The notes: generated from the sequence alone by a model not told the origin. 64,000 bases of DNA from a bacterium (GCA_021463485.1 JAJTYJ010000001.1:139932-203931), one strand, 5' to 3'; counted from the first letter of the stretch, positions 28,244-38,749 are shown. Made by a program: numbers and translations.

Positions 28244-30568
28244 CTAGGTATCGATCGCCTGTGCAAGGAGAATTTTCTTTTCAACTGACGCGATTAGCTT
28301 GCGCGTAGAAACAGCGACGTCGGGCGCCACCGAAACGCTAGTAGTACCGGCCTTCACCATCGCCTCGGTAATTTCTGGGTAGACGCTTGGCGCCTGGCCG
28401 CAGATCGAACAAGTAACGTGACGCTTGCGACAGGTTCGGACGACATGAAGAATCGAGTTTAATACCGCCGGATATCGCTCATCGAACTCAGCCGCTAATT
28501 TCGCCGAATCTCTGTCGATGCCAAGCGTTAGTTGTGTTAAGTCGTTTGAGCCGATCGAGACGCCGTCGATGCCTTCTTTGATATACTCTTCGAGTTCAAG
28601 TACTGTTGACGGCACTTCCACCATGATCCAAAGCTTAAAGCCCGGCCCTTGGCGCAAGTTATTCTCATGCATCAGATCTCGGACCTTACGAAATTCTTCG
28701 ACAGTGCGAACAAATGGAATCATTACATGAAGGTTTTTAAGATCCATTCCGTCGCGTACTTGCTTGATCGCTTCGATCTCAAGTGCAAACTCGTCCGGCT
28801 CGGCGATGTAGCGTGACGCACCTCGATAACCAATCATCGGGTTATTCTCTGGCTGCTCAAATTTTTCGCCGCCCTTAAGCGACTTGTATTCGTTGGTCTT
28901 GAAATCAGTAAAACGATAGACGACCGGTCGCGGATGAAACGCTTGGGTGATAGTAGCGATACCTTGCGAGAGTTTCTGAACGTATTCCTTACTACGACCA
29001 GCTTCGATCATCGCTCGCGGATGTTCACCGATACCAGCGATAATAAACTCGGCTCGCAATAACCCGACGCCATCAACTGGTAATCCGGCGTACTCTTCGG
29101 CTTTTTCTGGCTCTGCTAGATTCAAATACACCTTTGTAGCCGTAACCGGTACTGTCATAAGTGCCTGTGAAGCAGTTAATTTAGTTGGAGCAGCTGCCGA
29201 CACCTCAGAAGAACCGACCTTACCTTTGTAAATTTTACCGGACTGTCCGTCGACTGTTACCACTTGACCGGTTTTAAGCGTTGCGGTGGCGGTACCGGTA
29301 CCAACAACACACGGAATGCCAAGCTCCCTGGAAACGATCGCGGCGTGAGAGGTTCTGCCACCAGTGTCGGTTACGATCGCCGAGGCGCGACGCATCGCCG
29401 GTACGTAGTCGGGAGAGGTCATCTCTGTCACCAATACGTCGCCCTGGAGTACTTTATCGATCTCGCTCGGTTTATGGATAACTTTGACCGGACCGCTCCG
29501 CAGCCCAACTGACGCCGCGGCGCCGCTCAACAAAACTTCAGCTTTACTTAAATCCGTTGCTGGCTCCGAACTACTCTCGGGTGTTATCTCGTTAGCTTTT
29601 TTCTCGCCAAGAGTAGTAACTGGTCGGGCCTGGACCATGAAAAAACTACCGTTCTCGAACGCCCACTCAGTATCTTGTGGCTTACCGTAATGCTTCTCAA
29701 CCTGAGCACCAATTTTCGCTAGCGCAATAATCTGCTCGTCTGACAGCTTCGGATTCTTTTTCTGTTCGTCCGTTAGATTCTTGTGAATATTCTTGCCGTC
29801 GGTATCTCGAACAAACATCCAGGCTTGCGGCTGAATCTCTTTACTGACGATCTCCATTTTTTCTTTATCGACGACGTAGTGGTCGGGGGTTACGGAACCA
29901 GAAACGATCGCTTCACCTAGACCGAGCCCTGCGTCGATAACGATCTTGCCGGTGTCCTCACTAACTGGGTCGACGGTAAACATTATCCCGGAAACCTCGC
30001 TCTGAACCATTTTCTGAACTGGCACAGCGATACCGACTTTCATATGATCGAATTTATTAACTGTCCGATAGTAGATCGCTCGTGCTCCAAATAGCGACGC
30101 CCAACACTCTCGGATAGCTTTAATAAGCTGCTTTTTCCCCTCAATATTCAAAAATGTTGCTTGCTGCCCAGCGAACGAAGCATCAGGTAGATCTTCGGCG
30201 GTTGCGCTCGAACGAACAGCAACCGGACCCTCGTGCATCTCTTCGTAGGCTTTTTCAATTTGCTGCTGCAGTGCCTTTGGTAACTCGTTCTCTTTGATGG
30301 CCTTTTGTAGCGCTTCGGCAATGACATTTAGTTTCTTTGAATCTTCAGGATCGAGATTTTTTGTCTCTTTCTCGATAAAACTATCAAGTTTATGATCTTT
30401 GATGAAAGCAAAATAAGCGTCCGCTGTCACAATAAATCCTTGTGGCACCGGTAGGCCAGCTCGGCTCATCTCGCCCAAATTTGCCCCCTTACCTCCAACT
30501 AACGGAATATCGGTGCGGCCGACTTCGCTAAACCACACCACTAATTTTTTCTTTTCCCCTCCAAGCAT
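28244..30568 (-). CDS. ppsA: Phosphoenolpyruvate synthase
   Basis: VGGKGANLGEM, AVRSSATAEDLPDASFAGQQ, GGRTSHAAIVSRE phospho-His, SIGSNDLTQ. Confidence 0.96.
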   Translation of the reverse strand: MLGGEKKKLVVWFSEVGRTDIPLVGGKGANLGEMSRAGLPVPQGFIVTADAYFAFIKDHKLDSFIEKETKNLDPEDSKKLNVIAEALQKAIKENELPKALQQQIEKAYEEMHEGPVAVRSSATAEDLPDASFAGQQATFLNIEGKKQLIKAIRECWASLFGARAIYYRTVNKFDHMKVGIAVPVQKMVQSEVSGIMFTVDPVSEDTGKIVIDAGLGLGEAIVSGSVTPDHYVVDKEKMEIVSKEIQPQAWMFVRDTDGKNIHKNLTDEQKKNPKLSDEQIIALAKIGAQVEKHYGKPQDTEWAFENGSFFMVQARPVTTLGEKKANEITPESSSEPATDLSKAEVLLSGAAASVGLRSGPVKVIHKPSEIDKVLQGDVLVTEMTSPDYVPAMRRASAIVTDTGGRTSHAAIVSRELGIPCVVGTGTATATLKTGQVVTVDGQSGKIYKGKVGSSEVSAAAPTKLTASQALMTVPVTATKVYLNLAEPEKAEEYAGLPVDGVGLLRAEFIIAGIGEHPRAMIEAGRSKEYVQKLSQGIATITQAFHPRPVVYRFTDFKTNEYKSLKGGEKFEQPENNPMIGYRGASRYIAEPDEFALEIEAIKQVRDGMDLKNLHVMIPFVRTVEEFRKVRDLMHENNLRQGPGFKLWIMVEVPSTVLELEEYIKEGIDGVSIGSNDLTQLTLGIDRDSAKLAAEFDERYPAVLNSILHVVRTCRKRHVTCSICGQAPSVYPEITEAMVKAGTTSVSVAPDVAVSTRKLIASVEKKILLAQAIDT

Positions 30569-30735
30569 TCTTCTATGATACCCAGCTACTCAGGTTTCGC
30601 CTAGGGTCGTGTGGGAATTTTTAGCGCGTTATTTCATTCATACGCCTTTGCCAGCCAACTGTGCAAGTCGACTCTGCTCGACTTGAACGACTCTACATCT
30701 CGGCGCAAAACAGTAATGCGGGAGGGGTACCTTAC

Positions 30736-31125
30736 ATGCAAAATTATTCAGATACGATCGGCCTATTTAGGCTACCAGACTCGCGAGCGAGTCGTGCGAT
30801 TACTGCTATGGTTGAGGAGATACAGCAGATGGGCGACCAGCCGTCACCGATCGTGTTTTTCGGCCGCCAGAAGCAGAACGGGATTTCGATCCCAACGATG
30901 TTGGTGGTCGATCTGTATAATCGAGCCACGTACGTTTCGTTAGACGGGTTTGCACCTGTCTGCTCACACCTCGCTCCAACTTGGGCGATCAAGCGAGCTA
31001 GACGGCTTAGCAAGATGCTACTTAGGCAGTATCTCGCCAAGAACGGTCGACGAAAGGTCTCGTGCGCGCCGCAACACCGGATCGAACCAGCCTTTCAATT
31101 TGCCTGCTCGCCCATACAGGCCTAG
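30736..31125 (+). CDS. Orphan hypothetical protein (129 aa)
   Basis: GGGAGG SD before ATG 30736, leader hairpin at 30664-30685, own terminator. Confidence 0.55.
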   Translation: MQNYSDTIGLFRLPDSRASRAITAMVEEIQQMGDQPSPIVFFGRQKQNGISIPTMLVVDLYNRATYVSLDGFAPVCSHLAPTWAIKRARRLSKMLLRQYLAKNGRRKVSCAPQHRIEPAFQFACSPIQA

Positions 31126-31138
31126 GACGGGCCAACTC

Positions 31139-31170
31139 AAATTGCCACACGGATGTGGCAATTTATTTTT
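31139..31170. terminator. Terminator between the orphan gene and recX
   Basis: AAATTGCCACA...TGTGGCAATTT inverted repeat and T-tract containing the recX stop. Confidence 0.75.
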
Positions 31171-31612
31171 CTATGGCTTGACGAATAGTTGCTCCGCTAA
31201 AGCCTCGTCGTTGGAGTAGTGAGACTGATCGCTCAAATCGTTGCCGATCTGTTAATTGTCGCCATTGCCGGGTCTTACTCTCCAGCAGGCTTCGGGCCGC
31301 CTCTAGTTCGACCTCTGAGTTAATATTTTTTGTTACTTCCTGAATCAGCTCTTTATCGATACCTTTTTGTAGCAGCTCAAGCGCGATACGATGTCGGCCT
31401 CGACGATATATCCGTACCTTATCCTCAGCGTAAATCTTCGAGAATATTACATCGTCAATTAAACGATTCTTTTCGAGTTGAGAAACTGTAGCCGCAATCT
31501 CCGACTCCGGATACTCTTTGGCTCGCAATTTCTCGACAATCTCGCGCTTAGAGCGCGCTTTGCGACCGAGTAAGTACAGCGCGTAGGCGGTAGCGCTACG
31601 CTTGGGCATCAA
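31163..31612 (-). CDS. recX: Regulatory protein RecX
   Basis: [26 protein letters not shown]; coupled to recA. Confidence 0.9.
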   Translation of the reverse strand: MMPKRSATAYALYLLGRKARSKREIVEKLRAKEYPESEIAATVSQLEKNRLIDDVIFSKIYAEDKVRIYRRGRHRIALELLQKGIDKELIQEVTKNINSEVELEAARSLLESKTRQWRQLTDRQRFERSVSLLQRRGFSGATIRQAIEK

Positions 31613-32655
31613 ACCTCTTCCACTGAGATAGTAGTGAGCGGCCCTTCGGCGGCGCTGCGGATTTTAGCTTCGAGCTCGTTCATTAGCTTTGCGTCAGCAC
31701 GGAGAAAAGCTTTGGCAGCCTCCCGTCCCTGCCCAAGCTTCTGTTCTCCGTACTGAAACCATGACCCAGCTTTTTCGATCAAGCCTGACTTTACACCTAA
31801 CTCTAATAGGTCACCTTCTTTAGATATACCGGAATCAAACATTAAATCAAACTCAGCCGTTCGAAACGGCGGCGCAACTTTATTCTTAACTACTTTTACT
31901 CGAACTCTATTCCCGATCGGATTTTCACCGTCTTTAATTTGCTCGCTCCGACGGATATCCAATCTTACCGAGGCGTAAAATTTAAGCGCATTACCGCCCG
32001 AGGTCGTCTCTGGGTTACCGAACATAACGCCGATTTTCATACGAATTTGATTAATGAAGATTAAACAAGTTTTCGACTTAGAAACTGCGCCAGTCAGCTT
32101 GCGTAACGCCTGGCTCATTAAGCGGGCTTGAACGCCGACCATCGCGTCGCCCATCTCGCCCTCGATCTCTGCTCTTGGTACTAACGCCGCTACCGAGTCG
32201 ACAACGATAACGTCAACAGCATTCGAACGAACTAACGTTTCAACAATTTCCAGTGCCTGCTCGCCAGTGTCTGGCTGTGAAATTAATAGCGAATCGAGAT
32301 CAACGCCAAGTTTGGCGGCGTAACTTGGATCGAACGCGTGCTCAGCATCAACCAACGCACCGAGCCCGCCGCCCTTTTGAACCGAGGCGATCGCCGAGAG
32401 CGCTAACGACGTTTTCCCAGAGGATTCAGGGCCGTATATTTCAACAATTCGACCTCGAGGGAAGCCACCCGCACCGAGCGCGATATCAAGCGAAAGCGAA
32501 CCGGTCGAGATCGTCTCGACTTTCAAGTGGCTTTGTTGCCCGAGACGCATAATTGAACCTGCGCCAAATTGTTTCTCAATCTGAGAGAGCGCGGCCTTTA
32601 AGGCCTCTTCGCGTCCAGAATTCTTTTCGGGAGCCGGAGTTTTTTCTTTTGCCAT
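31609..32655 (-). CDS. recA: Recombinase A
   Basis: [33 protein letters not shown]. Confidence 0.98.
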   Translation of the reverse strand: MAKEKTPAPEKNSGREEALKAALSQIEKQFGAGSIMRLGQQSHLKVETISTGSLSLDIALGAGGFPRGRIVEIYGPESSGKTSLALSAIASVQKGGGLGALVDAEHAFDPSYAAKLGVDLDSLLISQPDTGEQALEIVETLVRSNAVDVIVVDSVAALVPRAEIEGEMGDAMVGVQARLMSQALRKLTGAVSKSKTCLIFINQIRMKIGVMFGNPETTSGGNALKFYASVRLDIRRSEQIKDGENPIGNRVRVKVVKNKVAPPFRTAEFDLMFDSGISKEGDLLELGVKSGLIEKAGSWFQYGEQKLGQGREAAKAFLRADAKLMNELEAKIRSAAEGPLTTISVEEV

Positions 32656-32699
32656 CTCTCCCTTTCTACTGCCTCACGGCTAGTTTTGCAAGCGACTGG

Positions 32700-33428
32700 T
32701 TACGGAGTAATTTGTGGCGCTGTAGTACCTAAATCTACTTTGGCAACGTCTTGTTTATAGAGAACCTTAACTGTTGTGCGCGACTCTTTCTGAGCGCGAT
32801 TGCGCGCCATTACAACAATTTGATTTAACCCAGGAGAGAGCTGAACTTCTTGAGAGAAGTCGCCCGCAGAGCCGACCGAAATCGGTTCGGTGTTCATCGA
32901 TACGATCACGCCTTCGTCCGTTCGACCGTTAATCGTAACGGTGTCCCGATTGCTCGTGAATTCGTTTGGCACATTCATAACCAACTGCGGCGGCTCGGCA
33001 AATTTACGAACTTGAAGATAGATATAACTAGCGATACCACCAAATAACAAAACCATTCCTACCACCGCAATAAGCTTGGGGGTAATTAAAAAATTCCAGT
33101 CGCCGAGCGTACGCGGACGCAGCTGAACGGTATCGTTACAATCGGTAAATCGGTGCTTCGAGCGCTCTTCTCGATACTGGGCAACGATTTTTTCGGGGTC
33201 GAGTTTCAAAGTCTCGGCGTACCGACGGACAAACCCAATATTGTAAGCCTCAGCTGGTAGTAAATGATATGCGCCCTGTTCGAGCGCCTGTAGATGCTTA
33301 GCTGGGATGTGGGTCTGCTGCTCGACCGCTTCGAGGGTGAGGTCGGCTTTTGTACGCGCGGATTTTAGTATAGAACAAAGCGATCGCGCTCTGCTTTTTG
33401 AGATTTTTTTCGTGACAAATCCAGTCAT
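32700..33428 (-). CDS. RodZ-like HTH membrane protein with an extracellular Ig-like domain
   Basis: HTH (LQALEQGAYHLLPAEAYNIGFVRRYA), one TM, LSPGLNQIVV Ig-like tail; start reassigned to MTGFV. Confidence 0.75.
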   Translation of the reverse strand: MTGFVTKKISKSRARSLCSILKSARTKADLTLEAVEQQTHIPAKHLQALEQGAYHLLPAEAYNIGFVRRYAETLKLDPEKIVAQYREERSKHRFTDCNDTVQLRPRTLGDWNFLITPKLIAVVGMVLLFGGIASYIYLQVRKFAEPPQLVMNVPNEFTSNRDTVTINGRTDEGVIVSMNTEPISVGSAGDFSQEVQLSPGLNQIVVMARNRAQKESRTTVKVLYKQDVAKVDLGTTAPQITP

Positions 33429-33526
33429 GCCCTGTAATTTCCACCGTACGCCAAACGGCACGTACGGTCAATTCGAGTATATACTACGACTTCAAGCAAT
33501 ACTTACTTATTGTTCGTTTATTTGCT

Positions 33527-33559
33527 CTATGGCCCCAAATAATACTCACTACTATTCAC
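33527..33559 (-). other. Mini-ORF (GTG start, MNSSEYYLGP*) duplicating the ftsK 3' end
   Basis: GAG TAT TAT TTG GGG CCA TAG versus ftsK GAC GAT TAC TTG GGG CCG TAG (17/21 nt). Confidence 0.6.
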
Positions 33560-33570
33560 TTACTTTTGGC

Positions 33571-35610
33571 CTACGGCCCCAAGTAATCGTCAGGCTGGAT
33601 CAGGACGTCTCGTGGTTTTGCACCATCAGCTGGGCCGATAATACCCTCAGCTTCGAGAAGATCAAGCAATCGCGCGGCTCGCGCGTAACCGACTTTCAGT
33701 CTTCGCTGCAAGAGCGAGGCCGAGGCCTTACCTGCTTGGATTACCAGCTCGCGAGCTTCGTTAAATAGTTCGTCGTCGTCACCGCTACCGGCTACACCGG
33801 CGTGACCGTCTTTAATTCCGCCTCGATACGACTGGATCGAGTCGTCGTACGCTGGCGGCGCTTGTTTCTTCACAAACTCAGTCACAGCACGTATATCTTT
33901 GTCTTTTAAGAATACCCCTTGAACGCGTCTCGGCTGCGGTTGGTCGGAGCTAAGAAAGAGCATATCACCCTTACCGAGTAACTTCTCAGCGCCACCCTGA
34001 TCAAGAATTGTACGAGAGTCGGCCATACTTGGCACGGCAAAAGCGATACGAGCTGGGATGTTGGCTTTGATTAGACCGGTAATTACATCAACTGACGGTC
34101 GTTGTGTTGCGACGATTAAATGCATACCGACCGCACGTGCCATTTGCGCAATCCGGACGATCGACGACTCAACTTCATTGGCGGCTTGAGTCATAAGGTC
34201 GGCTAATTCGTCGATAACAACAACAATATACGGAAGCTTGTCGAGTCCTTCCGGTGGATTATCGTTAAACGCATCGATATTCCGACGGTTGTTCGACGCC
34301 AGAACTTGGTAACGACGTTCCATTTCTGCAACTGCCCAGCGAAGTGATGAGATTGTTTTATCTGTCTCGGTTACCACGTTAGTTAATAGATGGGCGATCC
34401 CATTGTACTCAACAAACTCTACTCGCTTCGGATCGATAAGAAGTAGTCGTAGATCGTTCGGTGAGTTCTTGTACAAAAGATTCACTAAAATTGCGTTCAT
34501 GCAAACAGACTTTCCGGAACCGGTCGCACCAGCGATTAACAAATGTGGCATTTTCTTTAAATCTGCTGCCATCACCTTGCCAGCTACGTCACGCCCTAAA
34601 CCAAGTGAGAGATTGGATTCTATATCTTTGTAGTCCGGAGCTTCTAAAACTTCCCGCAAACTAACTGTGGCAGAGACTTTATTTGGTACTTCGATACCGA
34701 CTAACGACTTACCGGGGATCGGCGCCTCGATTCGTATCGGGTGAGCTGCTAGAGCCAGGGCGATATCGTTGGAACGTGCGGTTATTGTGTTTAGCTTAAC
34801 GCCCTCTGATGGCTTTAATGTGTACTGCGTTAACGTTGGGCCGACATTGACCTCACTCATCGCTACTTCAATACCGAAGTCCTTAAGCGCTTTTTTGATC
34901 GTCTCGACGTTCTTACCAATATCGCCCGCCTCAGCACGAGTCGAGCTGCTGTATTCGATTAGGTCGAGCTGCGGGAACTGCCAGTCACCGGACGCCGAGA
35001 CCAGTGAAACTGGGTTGACGCCGCCCTTCTCTTGTTTCATGGTTCGAATCGGTACGCGCGGCGTATCGTTGATTTTAACTCCTGCTTCACGCTCGCCGAG
35101 TCTTAAATGACTTAGCAGCTCTCGGACCGAGGCGTTAAACGCAAGGAGCAACGCAATAACAACTGTGCCTAATATCGCTAAATAGCCGGCGACGGTTCCA
35201 AGTACCGAGGTATACACATTAGCAACGCCGCCACCGATTGAGCCGCCTTGAGCGCCGAACATCGCCGGCACAACAAAAAAGAGCAAAAGCACACCGATCA
35301 TACTACTTGCCCTAATGAACTCGCTCTTTAGAAAAAGAAGCTTAACGCCGCTGTAGATAAAAACAAACGGCACAACGTACGCCAGTAGCCCAAATAGCGT
35401 TGTTGATAATTTAAGAAATGTCTCGCCGAACGACCCAGCTAACCGGAAAAGTCCGAGAGCAAACAATAACCCAAAAATAAGCAGGAGAAACGCGAAAATC
35501 TCCCTGGCGGTGTCTGGCTCAACTGCCCAAACCAGATTATCCCAGAATGTTTCTACTCGTCTTCGACGGCGAGAGCCGTAACGTCGACGGCGCTTTCCAA
35601 AGAGTCCCAT
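33571..35610 (-). CDS. ftsK: DNA translocase FtsK/SpoIIIE
   Basis: N-terminal TMs, AGATGSGKS, IDELADL, ATQRPSVDVITG, gamma domain SLLQRRLKVGYARAARL. Confidence 0.96.
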   Translation of the reverse strand: MGLFGKRRRRYGSRRRRRVETFWDNLVWAVEPDTAREIFAFLLLIFGLLFALGLFRLAGSFGETFLKLSTTLFGLLAYVVPFVFIYSGVKLLFLKSEFIRASSMIGVLLLFFVVPAMFGAQGGSIGGGVANVYTSVLGTVAGYLAILGTVVIALLLAFNASVRELLSHLRLGEREAGVKINDTPRVPIRTMKQEKGGVNPVSLVSASGDWQFPQLDLIEYSSSTRAEAGDIGKNVETIKKALKDFGIEVAMSEVNVGPTLTQYTLKPSEGVKLNTITARSNDIALALAAHPIRIEAPIPGKSLVGIEVPNKVSATVSLREVLEAPDYKDIESNLSLGLGRDVAGKVMAADLKKMPHLLIAGATGSGKSVCMNAILVNLLYKNSPNDLRLLLIDPKRVEFVEYNGIAHLLTNVVTETDKTISSLRWAVAEMERRYQVLASNNRRNIDAFNDNPPEGLDKLPYIVVVIDELADLMTQAANEVESSIVRIAQMARAVGMHLIVATQRPSVDVITGLIKANIPARIAFAVPSMADSRTILDQGGAEKLLGKGDMLFLSSDQPQPRRVQGVFLKDKDIRAVTEFVKKQAPPAYDDSIQSYRGGIKDGHAGVAGSGDDDELFNEARELVIQAGKASASLLQRRLKVGYARAARLLDLLEAEGIIGPADGAKPRDVLIQPDDYLGP

Positions 35611-35695
35611 GTGTTTACTCTAGCAATTAGGGGGTTATCTTGAAAGCAGCTTGCGAATAATTATTTGCCGTCTACAATCGGCCTGTGAGGTCCAT

Positions 35696-35893
35696 ATGCA
35701 CATTCAGTTCAGAAAAAGTCGTAACCACCCCAGCGACTGGGAGGCGTTCTTTGTCGGTAGCGAAGAGATCTACTCGACGGGCAAAACGATCCCCGAAGCG
35801 ATCGGGTCGCTAATGCAAGAGCACGGCGAACACTTTGGTGTGGTGGTAGAGGACGTTACGCCCTCCGATCAACTCGTTCCGTTCCCCGGCTAA
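35696..35893 (+). CDS. Small orphan protein (65 aa, MHIQFRK...)
   Basis: TTGCGA-N16-TACAAT promoter, GAGG SD, terminator at 35885-35905; STGKTIPEAIG loosely resembles a HicB-like N-terminal fold (weak). Confidence 0.6.
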   Translation: MHIQFRKSRNHPSDWEAFFVGSEEIYSTGKTIPEAIGSLMQEHGEHFGVVVEDVTPSDQLVPFPG

Positions 35894-35905
35894 GCCGGGA
35901 TTTTT
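35885..35905 (+). terminator. Intrinsic terminator with the stop codon as its loop
   Basis: CCCGGC-TAA-GCCGGG plus T-tract abutting the rnj stop. Confidence 0.7.
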
Positions 35906-37970
35906 ATACTTGGATCACCGCGCTGATTACCATTGGAGTGCGTTGCGTTTTCTGAAAGAGAAAATCGCTCATATCGTCGCGAAGAGCCTTCTTGAAGGCG
36001 TCCCATTTAATCGGGCGCTTGGCGGTAAACTGACCGTGAAGTTTTCGCGAGAGCGCTCGGGCGCCACCGATCAGTTCTTCAGACTCTTTCATATAGACGA
36101 ACCCTCGAGAGATAACGTCAGGCGAGCTCACGAGGCGACCGGTTTTACGATCAACCGTCAGGATTATAAGAAAGACGCCGTCTTTAGCCATCGTTTGGCG
36201 GTCTCGCAAGACGATCTCACCGACATCGCCAACACCCGAGCCGTCGATAAGCACTTGACCAACCGGTACGCGCTCGTCAGAGATGCGACCGCCCTTCTCA
36301 TCGAACTCTGCGACGCTACCGTTCTCGAGAATAAGACAGTCTTCGTACTTCATTCCAGCGCTAGTAGCTAATTTCGCGTGCTCAACAAATCGCCGATAAT
36401 CACCGTGGATCGGGATGAGATACTTTGGCTTAATCAGCGAGATCAACAATTTCATTTCCTCGCGATTAGCATGTCCCGACGAGTGAATGTCCAATTCCTT
36501 ATTAGTGATTACTTCGGCACCGAGACGGTAAAGGTTATTAATTGTCTGATCGATACCGCGCTCGTTACCTGGAATCGGTTTGGCTGAAACCACAACCGTA
36601 TCACCGGATTTAATCTTAATATGACGATGTTCGCCGTTAGACATACGAACAAGCGCTGAATACTCCTCGCCTTGCGAACCGGTACACATGACAACAACTT
36701 TATCGTCGGGCGCGCTATTGATCGTTCGAATGTCGCTGATAACGCCCTTTGGCGCCTTGAGGTAGCCGAGCTCCATAGCGATGTTGGCGTTACGCTCCAT
36801 CGAGCGACCAGCTAGCGCCAAGCGGCGGCCGGTATTAGCACAAGCTGTAACGACGTGCTGAATTCGATCGATTCGACTAGAGAACGAGGAGACAATAATT
36901 CGCCCCTTAGCATTTAGGAAGATCTCTTCGAGAGTTCGGCTAACAACTTGTTCGCTCATCGTATAACCAGGCTCAAGAACGTTAGTTGAGTCAGAGAGAA
37001 GTACGGTAACACCGCGCTCCGCTAGCTCAGCCAACTTGGCAAAATCGGTTGACTCGCCGAATGCTGGCGTAAAATCAAATTTCCAGTCGGTGGCGTGATA
37101 GACCAGCCCCGCCGGGCAAGTAATAGCTAGACCAAGAATATCAGGGATTGAGTGCGTCATACGAACTGGTTCGATCATGAACGCACCGATCTGAACTTTA
37201 TCGCCTGGCTGGATAATACGAAATTCGTAACCCTGGATACCGTGTTCTTCAAACTTAGCTTTAATCAGCCCCGCTGTTAGCGGAGCGGTGTAAATCGGAA
37301 CCTGGAATTTTGGCCAGATGAACGGAAATCCACCGATATGATCTTCGTGACCATGGGTAACAACAAACGCCCGGATTCGTTCTTTATTCTCCTCGAGATA
37401 CGTTGTATCGCAAATGACGTAATCGATTCCCGGCATCGAAGCATCAGGGAATTGAATACCGGCGTCGACAATAATAATGTCGTTGTCGTATTCGAATACC
37501 AGCATGTTTTTTTCGCCGATCTCTTTCGAGCCGCCGAGCGGGATAATCCTTAAGTTTTTACTCGGAGCGCGTCGGATGACTGTCGGCCGCGGGTCTTCCT
37601 CTTTGGCTCTCGGGGGACTATAGCGAGGTCGGCGTGGTAGACGATTTTTTTTAGGACGCGGTCTATCTTCTACTGGGTTCGCTACCGTCTGAGGCTCTGG
37701 GGTGCCAGACGTGTTTTCCTGATAACCGCGATTACGACTACGGTTCCGATTTCTTCGGGGACGGCCGAACGGTTTCTGGTTACTCTGTGGGTTACTGTTT
37801 GGTTTTAGTACTGAACCAGCGTCTGATATATCGACGGCTTCGCCTCTGAAAGCTTCCGCTCTACCATTTGGCAAAGAGTCGCTAGCGATTATATCTTTCC
37901 GAGCTGGAAGGTTGTTCTGATTAGGAGTTGGCGCAGTGTCGGGCGAGTTGCCCGTTGAATTTTCTGTCAA
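35904..37970 (-). CDS. rnj: Ribonuclease J with a long disordered N-terminal extension
   Basis: THGHEDHIGG, HSIPD, LLSDSTN, TGSQGE, HSSGH; TTG start with AAGGA SD. Confidence 0.95.
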   Translation of the reverse strand: MTENSTGNSPDTAPTPNQNNLPARKDIIASDSLPNGRAEAFRGEAVDISDAGSVLKPNSNPQSNQKPFGRPRRNRNRSRNRGYQENTSGTPEPQTVANPVEDRPRPKKNRLPRRPRYSPPRAKEEDPRPTVIRRAPSKNLRIIPLGGSKEIGEKNMLVFEYDNDIIIVDAGIQFPDASMPGIDYVICDTTYLEENKERIRAFVVTHGHEDHIGGFPFIWPKFQVPIYTAPLTAGLIKAKFEEHGIQGYEFRIIQPGDKVQIGAFMIEPVRMTHSIPDILGLAITCPAGLVYHATDWKFDFTPAFGESTDFAKLAELAERGVTVLLSDSTNVLEPGYTMSEQVVSRTLEEIFLNAKGRIIVSSFSSRIDRIQHVVTACANTGRRLALAGRSMERNANIAMELGYLKAPKGVISDIRTINSAPDDKVVVMCTGSQGEEYSALVRMSNGEHRHIKIKSGDTVVVSAKPIPGNERGIDQTINNLYRLGAEVITNKELDIHSSGHANREEMKLLISLIKPKYLIPIHGDYRRFVEHAKLATSAGMKYEDCLILENGSVAEFDEKGGRISDERVPVGQVLIDGSGVGDVGEIVLRDRQTMAKDGVFLIILTVDRKTGRLVSSPDVISRGFVYMKESEELIGGARALSRKLHGQFTAKRPIKWDAFKKALRDDMSDFLFQKTQRTPMVISAVIQV

Positions 37971-38070
37971 AGTAAATCCTTTCTATTTTTATGAATTCTG
38001 TTGTTCGGCTGCCTTAGGGGAGTTCGGCAATCGAAGATTTATATACAAATAGTATACCGGACTCTGGTAA

Positions 38071-38691
38071 TCAGGTCAACGACTCGGTCGAGATCCGATC
38101 CATGTACTCAGGTATTTTCTGAAAATCGTCAACTAACGTTTGGCGCATCCCGCCGTTGTAGAGAGCGGCAGCTGGATGGTAAAGCGGTAGATACCACTGA
38201 TTATCTTTTCGGATGAGTTGGCCGTGAACCTGGCTTATAGTGAGTGGCTTGCTGTCTAGCGGTAGCTTGTCGCTACTTGTTGCCTGACTATAACCGGGGA
38301 GTAGAGCATTATATGAGTGGCGCCCCAGAAAGCAGATCAATTTCGGCTTAATAATCGCGATCTGTTTAAGTAAGAAAGGTAGTTGAAACTGAATTTCTTC
38401 TGGGAGTGGATCGCGGTTGCCTGGCGGCTGATATTTAATAATGTTAGCGATAAATACATCCTGACGCTCGAGTCCGATTGAGTTAAGCATCTCCTCTAAG
38501 AACTTACCGGCAGCGCCGACAAACGGCCGACCGGTCTCGTTTTCTTTAGCGCCAGGCGCCTCGCCGATAAACATAATCTGGGCGTCTGGGTTTCCTTCCC
38601 CGGGTACCGGGTTCTGATCTGGGTAATACTTGCACCGCTCGCACTCAGCGATTCGTTTTGCGACAGCAAGAAGCGCTTCCTCCTTGGTCAT
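38071..38691 (-). CDS. udg: Uracil-DNA glycosylase, family 4-like
   Basis: GEAPG, GRPFVGAAG, PPGNRDP, YHPAAAL. Confidence 0.9.
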   Translation of the reverse strand: MTKEEALLAVAKRIAECERCKYYPDQNPVPGEGNPDAQIMFIGEAPGAKENETGRPFVGAAGKFLEEMLNSIGLERQDVFIANIIKYQPPGNRDPLPEEIQFQLPFLLKQIAIIKPKLICFLGRHSYNALLPGYSQATSSDKLPLDSKPLTISQVHGQLIRKDNQWYLPLYHPAAALYNGGMRQTLVDDFQKIPEYMDRISTESLT

Positions 38692-38712
38692 ATCAGGTTA
38701 TGTATACCAGAT

Positions 38713-38749
38713 AAAAGAAAAGGACCCAAGCGCTTGTGCGCGAGGGTCC
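38713..38749 (-). terminator. Intrinsic terminator of the 38767-39750 gene
   Basis: GGACCC...GGGTCC stem with an A-run on its left side. Confidence 0.65.

Noticed and set aside
33307-33768. 153-aa plus-strand ORF spanning the rodZ-ftsK junction
   Set aside because: It is antisense to two well-supported genes and has no SD, promoter or recognisable motif.
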